A stretch of DNA of 64,000 bases, taken from the NCBI GenBank assembly GCA_001643675.2, contig LSRY02000024.1:310001-374000 (forward strand), read 5' to 3'. The position numbers and the translations under genes are program-made. The DNA is from Monocercomonoides exilis PA203 (Eukaryota; Protista; Preaxostyla). This document shows, one piece after another, positions 13,021-24,460 of this stretch (its first letter is position 1; each line of letters starts with the position of its first letter). Under the pieces are notes generated by a model. It was not told the DNA's origin. It saw nothing but the letters and a program-made list of their open reading frames with translations, and made no database searches.

Positions 13021-14390
13021 TCAGATATTCACAAAATAATCAGAAATGTCCGATGGCAATTTTTCAAAATACTTTCTGCTTAGAAAATCAAAAATATCAT
13101 AAAAGCTTGTGATGATATCTTCGTATCCTTCTTCTTCCATTTTTTCAAGCATCTTCCTTTTAGTTGTTTTTCTTTCTGCTTCTTCCTTTTTATCATACTT
13201 CTCTTCTTTCAATCGACTTGAAACAAACGTAAGGTGTTGCAAGCAATAATGCTCCATCATATCATCCAATGTTTGTCTCTGAATCTCCTCCAAAATGAGA
13301 TCAATTGCCTCACCTTTCAATAAATCATCAACTTTCACGGCTCTGTTTTTTGCTGCTGTTCGAATGCAGAAAATGCATCTTTCGCAAATATCTCTGCAAT
13401 TATCCTTCGCATCTCGAAATACCTGAACAATGCTGCTGATAAGCCCTGAATATTCTTCATTCCTCAATTTGAGTGGGTGAAATAAATATAAAATCCCATC
13501 GAGCCATCTCCAGATCATACACACTTCTTTCGTTTCTCTTCTTCTTTTCTCTTCAATCTCTTTTTTTCTCTTCTTCCAATCCACACATTTCGACAACTCA
13601 CTCAATTCTCTTGTTATCTCTCTCATAAAATGCAGCTTATTCGCTATAACTCTGCTCGCGCTGTTATAGAAATAAAATCTATTCATTAAAAACAGCCAAG
13701 CAGACTGATAAGCAATTTGTGTGAGATTGTGATGCTCTTGATGATATTCAATAATTTCTTTGATCTCATTCAAATATAGTTCTTCATCCAATCTCTAACA
13801 AAAAAGAAAAGAAAAGAAAACAATAACATCAAAAACGAAAAAGAAATGCTCAAACGCAAAATCTGTCAACATTACTCAAAGCCAGCAAAGCCATTTCCAC
13901 TTCTTTTTGTGCTTCTTCGCTTTCCTCCTTGTTCATCGCAACTTTCAGAAGATAGGGTACGCAAATTGAAAACAATTCCGAAGAATTCTTTCTGTAAAGC
14001 AAAACAGTGCATTCGCAAAGATCAACAAGAAGCTTTTCATTCCTTTCTTCTTTTTTCTTTTCTTCTTCAATTATCATGTTCTCAATGCTTTTATTCAGCG
14101 AATATTCTTCAAAACCCCTGATCCAAACATTTTTCAGCACTTTGCAATATCCAATGTGCTTCAATAACTCAACTGCAATTCTCATTGATATTTTCTTTTC
14201 TTCAATCATTTTGTATATTTTGTCGAACATTCTTGTTGTGAAAACAGATTTATGTTCTTCTTCATTCATTTCATCAACTATTTCATTTATTTCAAGGATT
14301 TTCTGTTTCTGTTAGGATTCAGTTTATTGTTCCAACTGTGAAAATTTCTCTTTGAAAATTGAAAAATCAAATGAGTAAAAAATGCCATTT
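13021..14390 (-). pseudogene. Same family, copy 2 (intron ~13795-13860); intact from 14269 downstream, but with stops in the N-terminal region
   Basis: ORFs 13850-14269 and 13021-13791 carry the same motifs (YHQEHHNLTQIAYQSAW, KMEEEGYEDII). The upstream frame reads EKFSQLEQ*TES*QKQKILEINE. Confidence 0.75.
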
Positions 14391-17229
14391 ATTAATTTAA
14401 TCATTCATTTCTTATAAAAACATGCAAACCCAGAAAAAATTGTATTTTTGAAGGTGACTGTGCAATGGCACAATGATTTCAAAACAACAAATAAATTCAT
14501 TTTTGGATTATTCCAGTAATAATAAAATCAAAGGAATTAAAAACACCAAGTTATTAATCTAATAACACTGAAGTTAATACACATCCATCTTCCAACATGT
14601 CTTTTGCCTCAAAACAAGTGAATCAATGAAACAAAATAATCAGGTTTTTGTGCAAATAATTAAGGGTGTGCAACATATAATTTTGTTTGTGAGAAATTTT
14701 TTTGGTGATTTGCTGCAGCCAGAGCATGTTTGAGCTGCTTAGGTGAATGGCCAAGGATGCACCCATGCGAGTTATAGCACTGCAGAAGAATAGGGATTTT
14801 TCTTGCAGATGGAGGAGCGAGTGGCTGTTTTCCAATATTGTTTGCGAAAAGTGACTTAGTGTGTAAAATTGCATAAAATTTGAACTTAGCTGTATATTGC
14901 AAAACATATGACGCAACATCGACTGCGATATTTTGATGAAAAATAGCTTTAGGAAGATGCTGAAAAAGCGAGCAGAATATCAGAAAGATTGAATTGAACA
15001 GCTTGTTCATTTCGAGGGAAATGTGTTTCACTTGGCATATCTTTTGCATAGGACTTGTTTTGTGTGATTTTTTATTGGGAGGTTGGTTTCGTGGAAAAGG
15101 AAAGAGAATTGGGGGTTGGACAATGGAGGAAGCAAACAGAGCGAACACTCGGAATACCTTAACAACAAACGCATTGCCTTTTGAACGAATCCTACTGGAA
15201 TGCCGTCAGCAAAGACAAGACGTTGGATAAATCTTTGAATAAGAGTTGATTTCTTGTTAATTTGGAAAATGTGTATTTTCACATGACTTCATGATTGGTT
15301 TCATAAAGGATTTTCTGCTTTCGATGATGTTTTGTATCAGCCATTTATTGTCCAGTTGTCTGTTTTTTTATGTGGTGAAAGGCAATTTTGGAGAACAAAA
15401 AAGCCAGCTGGACTGATAATTACCAATCCATTGGATATGAGAAAATATTTCGAGGTCAAAAAAAAGATGGTTTGGCTTTTTTTGTTTTGTTCATTTTTCT
15501 TTTAAGATGTTCTTTGAATGAATACAGATTGGTTACGAACAGGAGTACCGCAAAGAGAGAGAAGTCATTTTATCCTTTTTCAAAAGAGCCAGAAGTTTTG
15601 AAATTATTCTTATTTGCATTGCATTCAACGATGAAATTCGTCCTTCTTGCATCTGCCTTGCAAGCTGCATAACCAGACAATGCTTGACATGAGCTTGAAA
15701 GCGAAAATAAGTTTGTTTGGTTCATTTGTTGAGAGTATTTTGCAGAAACAGCTCATTTGTCGGATCTGAAATACTCTCCAAGTGTTGGAGTTCATAACGC
15801 ATCCGACTTTTGAAGTAAATTATCATTCATCTTTGTCGATTGACCCTTTGTAGTCATCGCCTTCATTGCTAACTTCGTTATCTCCATCCTCTTCACATTC
15901 ATCATAATTATCATTTTCCTCGCCATCGTCTTCTTCTTCTTCTTCTCTCTGCTTCTTCTCTCTGCTTCTTCTCTCTTCTTCTTCTTCTCTCTTCTTCCTC
16001 AAACATAACCTCTTTCCATTCAAATGAATTTTAGGAATAATTTTTTCCTTTTGCTCAGCAAAACACTCCTTCTTCTCCTTCTTCACCAATTCGTGCTTTA
16101 ATTTCTTCTGCTGTTCTTGCTTTTGCTTCTTCTTCAACTTCCTATTTTTCTCTTTCTTCTTCAAATTCAAAAAAAAATGCATTTTGTTTCAATTTCTTCG
16201 TGAAAAATCGTTTCGCAGAATGAAAAATACATTTTCACACATTTCGTTCATATTTTTTTAAATCATCATCAAAGAAAATTTAAGAATTACAATTTGAATT
16301 TTTTCTTTTTCATTTTCATTTTGAAGTTCCACATAATCTCCAAATACTACAAGAGATTTTTGTTTTTCTTTGGAAATCAAAAAAGATAATAAAATAATCA
16401 AAAAATCATTAAGTGCTTTGATTTTTATTTCAAAAATAAAAATTTGAGAAATAATATGAAGGAACACATCCATTTTATTTATTTATTTATTGTTTTTTAT
16501 TTTTATTTTAATGGTATGAGTGTTATAGAAACAAAAACCTTTTGGAATATCTAGAAAATATGGAATTTGATGAAATTAAACCAATACAGCAACATTGAAC
16601 GTGAATTGTTTCAAAAGGAAATAATAATCGTTGACAGTGATATTCGGGTTTCTGTTGTTAGTTTTTTCGATTTCGCACAACCAGAAATGGAAAGCTTATG
16701 CAATTGTGGAAAATGTTGAAAAGATGGAAAACATGGAATTTCCATTTTATAATGTTGAAAAAACTGGAAAGAACATTTTGAGTGATGAAAAATGAAAAAA
16801 AAAGTGCAGCAAATTTTTATTTAGCTTTTGACAAAATATGAGTTCGTCATTTTTCTTCAAAAAATTTATGTTTTATTCACCTCATTTCTGTTGGCGATAT
16901 ATTTCAATAAAAAGCAAAAAAAGACATCCTCACATATTTTCAAAATTGACAAATCTTTCATGGGACTTTTTGATTCATTCTCTTCTCATTTTGTCATCCA
17001 TCGACAACACTAAAGATTACTCCAAAACTTCAATTGATATTTCAAATACAACTTTCTTCATTGTTGTTGGAAGCTGAAAGCAATTCACGGAAAAGGATAG
17101 TGCTTTAGCCGAACAGAAAACAACAAGATGAACTTCTTCAAATTTTGTGTTGACTGCTTGACATTTGTGGAGGAAATGAAGGCTAGATGACTGATGTATT
17201 ATTCTCTAAACAAACGAATTTGTGTTTCT

Positions 17230-17494
17230 CATATTTTTTTTTTTTTTTTGAAAAGTCGCAAATATCTAATGTCAATGTGAAATATAAATGAACATCATTT
17301 GAATGTATATTTTTGTGAGAAATCCATCAAATATCTCCACAATGCACTTATTCTCACATCAAATATGTTTGTGTATTCTCATTTGAAAAATGAAAGTTTC
17401 ATGGATTAATTGCAAAAATGATCAAATATAGTATTTTTTAAATATTTCCTAGATATTTAAAAATTTGCAACAATTCAAAAAGAATAACTCATAT
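17230..17494. mobile_element. MITE-like element M3, abutting the left end of the DIRS element at a shared CATATG
   Basis: Left end CATAT(T)nGAAAAGTCGCAAATATCTA; right end TAGATATTTAAAAATTTGCAACAATTCAAAAAGAATAACTCATATG. Confidence 0.65.
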
Positions 17495-18998
17495 GAGAAA
17501 TTATTTATGAGATCAAAAAATCGTTCGAGGATTGATCAAAATATTGACAGGAAAGCGAATCTACGAACGATAGAAGCAGGTTTGCTCCTCGATAATGAGT
17601 TTTGATCTTTATTTATGTGTTGTTGAAAATCAAACTTCGCTAACAAATAAACTTTTCTTGCATTCAATTGTCCGCAGTGGAAATTACACAAGATCCTGTT
17701 AGAATGGCAGACAGCGACAGCGAGTGAATGAATTTTAATCTTGTTCAGAGGCTGAAGAGAGTCGAAAATTGGATCGATGAAGTGTCAATGAGCCGAGAAG
17801 GGCTAAGCCGATCGGGAGCATTAGATGCAATACAAATGAAGAAAAAGAAGAGAGAACGACAAGGGAAAAGATCCCCGTCGATATCTAGCGAGTCGGAGTT
17901 TGAATCAGATTTCACAGATATGATCATGAAGAAGAAACATACACAGCCGTTGAGTAACCTTCGCACACTTAGGCAAATGAAGAAGTTGAAAGATGAAGAG
18001 GACAGCGATAGCGAATTTGAAGGGACAGAAGAGCGAGATGATGAAGAAGAATCCATGGACTTTCTGGGATTTTTCCCATGGAATGGCTGACGCCCCGGAG
18101 ACAGGCGGGCGAGCAGAGAAGATTCATGGATTTTTGGAAAGCCGGATCCATTAGAACGAATGAGAATATTTTGAACATATTCATGCCAGAGACCGAAAAG
18201 AACTTTTTCACAAGACACACTGATGCTAGTTGGAACGCCTTAGCAGTGACGGGGGTCACTGCTGAAGGAAGGAAGGACTCACGATAGGAAGTTCGTGTTA
18301 TTAAATTGATCCAGCCTGCCCTTGAATCGGGCTTTAAAGCAGCAAAAACAATAGCATCACAAACAGTGAAGGAATTACAGAAAGCTCTTATAGAAGAAGA
18401 AGAGAAAGAGCGACAGAGAGGGCTGCTCTGCTCGTACGCCTTGATAGCAGATTGTATTCTACGCATTAACTTGTTGAAAGTTATTTACAAGTCAAACTGG
18501 GAGAACGTGAAAGAGTTCCCTGAGGGGGGAACGTCCAATGATGTTCCAGAAAGCCTCAGGAGGTTAGTGGAGAGCACTAGCTTTTTTTGCCCAGAGTAGG
18601 ATGTTCCAGGGTTCGGAGCATCCCCCGTTTCTCTAACAGCCCTCGGCCTCATCTCAACAAGGAGTGGGCGCACAAGGAGGAACAGTACGTGCTGAAATGC
18701 ACAGGACTTCACCTACAAACAGATTCAAAAGCGTGGCTACGATCGGAGCTTCACGAATTTCAGAGAAAGAAGGAGGTCAACACAAGCTCCACCACAGCAT
18801 TCCCCAGCACAAGCTGGGAGATTGGCCTCGATCGCAGTCCCACTTCCCCCAGCTTCACCGAGGATACAGGGAGAAACAGCAACAGGAACAGCTATTGGAA
18901 CGAGCCAATGGGATTAGAAGAAGGAGAGAGAGAAGAGAGAGCTACGCTTTGCCGCGAGATAGAGAGAGAAGAGAGAGAGAGAGTCTGTCTCCAGTTAA

Positions 18999-21395
18999 AT
19001 GACAATACAACGAGAAATTGCAACTCATTGCGAGATAAAATTGAAAACGGAAGTGAGGATACAGAACGAGAATATCAGAGAGGTGGTAAGAACGGAAGAC
19101 AACGAGAAGAGAAGAGAACAAGAAACCACAGGGGATCGTGTAATGGAGATATCGAGAGAAAATGTTCAACACGACACAACTAGAACAGAAGAAGACTCCG
19201 TATATCCCCGCAAGACAAAACAGAAGAACGAGCAGAAATCCGAGAAGGAGGAAGAGAAGAGAGTCTTGAGAGATTTTGGGACTGCTATCGAGTTTCCAAT
19301 TGGGAACGCCCTGGAGGTGAGCTCGAAGATAGTTATTGAAGATACTCTCGAAGGAGAAGGGAATACACAGATGCAGCATGGCCACAAGACGCCAGAAGTG
19401 AAAAGGAGTCAAGTGATTGGACTACAGAAGGAACCGCTGCCTGGGAGACTAGTGAACAGACTGAGCGAGTGGAGGAAGATTTGGGGAGACACACAGGTAA
19501 GCCGTGGTATAAAAGCCCGATGGAAGAGTCCACAGTCTTTAATTTCACTCGAGGATAGAAAACACAGAAAAGAGTTTCGAGGAAAAACGGAGATGATGAA
19601 GAATTCTTTATCATTCTTGGAGGAGGAATTGAAGGAAGGAGTTGTGAAGCTAGTGCAGGAGTCGGAGGTGAAGTGATTCAATCCGACATTCATGGTTCGA
19701 AAGAAGAACGGAAAGCGGAGGAAGATCTTGGATAGCAAGGCGCTAAATGAGGAAGTGCAGGGAAAGCATTTCAAGATAAATTCCCAGTAGACAGTGGAAA
19801 AACTGCTGGAGGAGAACAATTGGATGGCAACTCAGGACAAATTGAGTGCATACCAACATGTCAAAGTGGACGAACAATTCAGTCCCAACCTGTGCTTCAG
19901 CTTTCAAAGTCAATTCTACGCTTTCGTGGGGATGCCATTTGGAGCAAAGGACGCGCACAGAGTTTTCACGAAGATAATGAGACTGGCGGCATCATATATC
20001 AGAGAACAGTGAAAGGTAAAGTTTGTAATATATCTGGACGACATTCTCCTCATGCACCCAGATAGGGAAGTTTTGAGATCGATCTCACAGGAGATAGCCC
20101 AGTTCCTGAGAAATCTGGGCTGGATACTGTCTGAAGAGAAATTGAACTTGGAACGCACAAGGAGTGGGGAGTTTCTGGGGTGGCTTTGGAACTCGGAGAA
20201 GATGGAAGTGACACTCCAAGAAAGGAAGAGAGTGCTGCTGCTAGAGGATGTGCAAAAATGGATTGCACATACAAAGAAAAGGAGGAGACAAAAGACGAGG
20301 GATTTAGCAACACTCCTCTGGAAGCTGAATTTTGTGAGACTGTAACACCCACCAGCGAGCTTGTGGATGAAGCGTCTGCAATACACACTGAGGTAGGCAA
20401 TAGCCCGCGGAGGCTGGAACGAGACCGTGATTGCCAACCCAATGATGCTAGGAGAATTAACACATTGGAGAAAGACCCTGCTGGAAAACAGACCAAGGAG
20501 TCTGAGGAGAAGGAACAGACCAGCAGAACAAATAACGAACTCTTCAGAGCAGGAATCGTGCGCAGTGCTAACAATACCGACAGAGAACAAAGATGAGAAG
20601 ATTTATGTTCACGGAAGTTGGACACACCGGGAGAGCACGCTTGCAATCAACGAGAAGGAGTCCAGAGCAGTATTGAGGACACTGGAAAGAAAGGGAGCAT
20701 GGCTCCTACAACAGAAGATAGATCATATTTGTCTGAAGACAGACAACATGTCCACGAGATGGACGATTCACAATAAGAGGGGAGCGCCATCGCTCATTCC
20801 AACACTGAGAGCATAAGAGAAGAAATTGAACATCCTGTACATCACAATACAAACGGAACATCTCCCGGGAGAACAGAACACGGAAGCAGATGCACTCAGC
20901 CGGATGGCGAAAAAGCCGGACTATGCACTGAGGGGAAAGAAGGTCGTAGAGATATTTCAGACAATCGCACCGAGAACACTAGATACAATTTCAGAACCGA
21001 TTGCGCTGGTGCCCTGCGGAAGTACTTGGAGAATATCCTCTCTGAGAAGGAAGAGAGAGAGAGAAACGCAAGAAGACGACATAGTCCTAGTCCACCCGTT
21101 CCTGAGAAACATTGGACGAGTGATGAAAGAGAAAATGAAGGAAGCCCAGAGGGAACAAACGATTCTGATTCTGCCAACCTGGCGGGGGCAGACCTGGACC
21201 CCGCAACTGCAGCTTGGGTATTTGACAAAGACCCTGGGGACCTTTCAGGAGTGCATGATTCCGGGAGCGAAGATGAGAAGGGAAGGCTGGAAATTACTCC
21301 CGGGAGATGAAATAAGCGTTATTCTGGAGAGGAAAATATACCAGGAAGGGATCTCTTTCATTCATGGAGAGTTTTCGTTGGAGCAAAGGACATAG
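18999..21395 (+). pseudogene. DIRS pol frame: reverse transcriptase + RNase H + DNA-adenine-methyltransferase-like domain, interrupted by nonsense codons
   Basis: One continuous frame: LPGRL...W, FNPTFMVRKKNGKRRKILD, GMPFGAKDAHRVFTKIM, YLDD (20031-20042), FLGWLWNS; RNase H INEKE, KTDN, EHLPGEQNTEADALSR; MT-like VHPFL...ILILPTWRGQTW. Stops at 19674, 19788, 20010, 20343, 20394 and 20814. Confidence 0.88.
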
Positions 21396-21399
21396 CAGC

Positions 21400-22263
21400 A
21401 GCAAGGGATAAGTTAAGAGCGCTGTGAAAATTAAAACAATATTTGGATATAGAAAGAATTGATGAGACATACAGCCTCATAATGAAAGATGCCAAGTGGA
21501 TTATGGCAGAATTTATTGAGACTTTATCTAAAATAGATATTTCAAGTGGAATTATTCATCAGACGGAATAGAAAGTATTTGATTCTTTTAACTTGTTTTG
21601 AGAGACGAAGATTGATGTTAAGGATATAGATCTATTTTTAAAGACTGACGTGTGAGAGAAGCCCAGAAGATGTGAGCGATTCAAATCAATGTGGGACTAA
21701 ACAATAATTAAAAAAAATTGGCAAAAATTACATGCGACACAATGGACACATAAATACTCCAGAGGAAAGCTCTCATGCTCACAATGATTTTTGGAGCGTT
21801 AAGAATCGTAGAGCTGGAGAGAAAGAGGATGAAAACTACTCCATTTACAGATAATTCAATGCTGACACAAGTACAAACCAAAACATCAGGAGAAAAGACG
21901 GTCAATGTAATAATTAATAAACATCCTAACACACATATCGATGCAATAGAAACACTCCAAGGCTGGATGGATTACACCAGGACAAATTTCAAGGATGGAC
22001 ATGTGTGGTTCGATGTTTATAAGAATTAATCTGCAATTGTGCAAAAAATTGAAGAAGAGTTAGTGGCTATCCTGAGAGTAAAGGATATACAAAAAATATT
22101 GACTGCGTTATGGATTCGACATAAAGTTTTAATACACATATCAAGACGAGAAGGCTCGGATTGGAAAGTGAGCAAAATGCACGCAAGAGGGGAGTTAGGA
22201 TCAAGAGTGGCCCTAAAAATTAAAACATTTAACCTGTTCAAGATTTGTTATGGATCTTGTTGA
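21400..22263 (+). pseudogene. DIRS tyrosine recombinase remnant
   Basis: RKALMLTMIFGALRIVEL (catalytic Arg box), TKT lysine motif, and WIRH (HxxR-like box), located downstream of RT/RH/MT as in DIRS1. Confidence 0.7.
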
Positions 22264-24460
22264 CGATCGACTTCCAAGAACCCCCTTGTGTGAAAGAAGA
22301 AAAGTTGAATATAAATGTGTGTTTTTTTTCGAAATCAAAACTTTTTTCTGTGTGTGGATAATTAAGAAAGTTTTAAAAATTCGAAAATAAAACATTTGTT
22401 GAAATGTTTTATTCATTTTATTGAATCAAAAGACATTGTTTGATATGAAAGAAAGACAGAGATTATTTTTATTTAAGTTATTTCTTTTCCGTGTTCATTG
22501 ACAAAATTCAAAACAAAAATTTTTATACCGAAATTTTTTTGAAAAAATATTTTTTCAAAAATAATCATACAAATAGAGAAAGGAAGGATATGAGAATTGA
22601 GAAAAAAATTCAGAGATGAAAAATTGCACTGAATAGACATCAGAAGCCGAGTGAGAAAAAGATATGAGGAAGGAGAAAACGATCGAAGAAACGAGACTTA
22701 CCGAGTTGAGAAGAGAGGAATCAAAGAGAAATAACTTTGTCACAGAACTCCTCATCCCGACAACCCTAGCGTCTGAGAACACACCTCATAATTCCCAGCA
22801 GCGCAAGCGAGCTGACTGGAAGCAGACACACTGCACCACTGAAAAAGATGCGCATAGACCGGAGAAGGCGTGGTGTGAGTTGTTAAGGACAGATGATATA
22901 GGACAAAAGATTAACGAACTCCCAGTTAAGAAGACCTCAGAAGCACACCAAGAAAGGGAAGGAGTGGAGACAAGGGCAGCACCGTCATCAGCAGGCTTTC
23001 TATTCATCCGCCGCACGATGACGTGCTATGTTAGAGGGGTAAAGATCATAATTAATAAATAAATAAAATAAAAATTATAATTAGAATAAAAATATATGGA
23101 AAAGGGCTTTAAAGACTAATTGCTGAGGTGCAAGCCCGCTCCTATCGTTCGTAGACTCGCTTTATTGCGAATATTTTGGTCAATCCTCGAACGATTTTTT
23201 GATCTCATAAAAAATTACTCATATGATATATGAACTCTTTCAAAATGATGTGCAAAAAAATTGAGAATCTGCATTAATAATATCTTTAACAGCCAAATGG
23301 CATCACACGAATATGATCAATAATCAAAAATTTGTTCCTTTTTTGTTCTTATAACTATTGCTCACTTCAATCTATTGAAAAAAAATACAAAATGAAAATT
23401 TCAACATAACAACTATTTTTCTCATTTCATCGATTTTTTTGAATCTCTTTTTATGTTTGTGCTTTCAGTGTGTTGAATCATTCATTGAAGACTATGTTGA
23501 CCAGTTTCCTTTTCATGATAAGAATAAAAAAAAAGGCTTTTGTGGATATTCTTCAAATCTCCGTCAATTTTCAACACTTAAGTGAAGCTTCCAAAACAAG
23601 ATTCTTTATCCAAGGTGGTATTATTTACTGTTTATTTTTTGAGTTTATTCTTATAACTTCACAAAACATTTTAAAAACAAGAAATATCTCATTTTTATTG
23701 TATAGACTTTTCCAGAATGTTATGCAAAGAAAAACTGTTCAAAATTGATTGGAAAGAATATGGTGGAAGAATGATGATATTTCTGAAATACAAAAAGAAA
23801 AGATGATGATGATAAAAAGAAAGATTGAATAAAAAACTCTTTCAATCAAAGTGAAATAATAGTGATGATGAAAATTGTTAAAAAAATGAATAATAGTGAA
23901 ACAATGAATGAATTTCTTTAACCATTCATTGTTGAACATTTCTAGAAAAAAAATTAAAAAATAAAATTTTTAGTTAATAAAACACAGAAAATGTCCACTT
24001 CCTTCTCATTGAAGAATATTCAACAAACAACAACAATAAAAGACGAGAATGGATTTGTTCACACAAGGCTTTTTAACTGAAGAACATTGAACGAAATGAA
24101 ATGAAAAGAAAAAGAATCAAAAGATGAGACGAAAATGAAGACACAATGAATATTAAAAATGAAGTGTTATGATAGGAGTTACATCTGCATGAAATAGAAG
24201 GCGAATACAAACCTGAATAATATCAAAAGTTAAAAAAAAATATAAATATATAATTATGATATTCATGCAACCAAAGAGATCGATGGCAGCTATTTTCCAA
24301 TGCCTCATCGAAATTATTTGAAATATCAATCGCACAATTTGATCAAATTGCACCAATTGCACCAAGATTCAGCAAGCTCCATTTTTTTGATTGAATATCG
24401 AAGGATGAAATGTTAATTTTCTATTTTTGCACATTTTGATGAGATATTTTTCTCTCAGTT

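Larger units (their letters stand above)
17489..23226 (+). mobile_element. DIRS-type (tyrosine recombinase) retroelement, ~5.7 kb, bounded by ~100-bp inverted repeats; decayed
   Basis: The left repeat TCATATGAGAAATTATTTATGAGATCAAAAAATCGTTCGAGGATTGATCAAAATATT...CTACGAACGATAG is the imperfect reverse complement of 23130-23226. The interior is GC-richer and encodes gag-like, RT, RNase H, MT-like and YR remnants in DIRS order. Confidence 0.85.

Noticed and set aside
14600-16200. GC-richer patch and acidic ORF 15823-16182 as an RNA gene or CDS
   Set aside because: No tRNA or snRNA fold or protein motif was recognised. All frames are short or low-complexity, so this is probably decayed coding sequence.
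22975-23030. Hammerhead ribozyme (CTGATGA near GAAA on the minus strand)
   Set aside because: Only about 5 nt separate GAAA from CTGATGA, so stems I and III cannot form.
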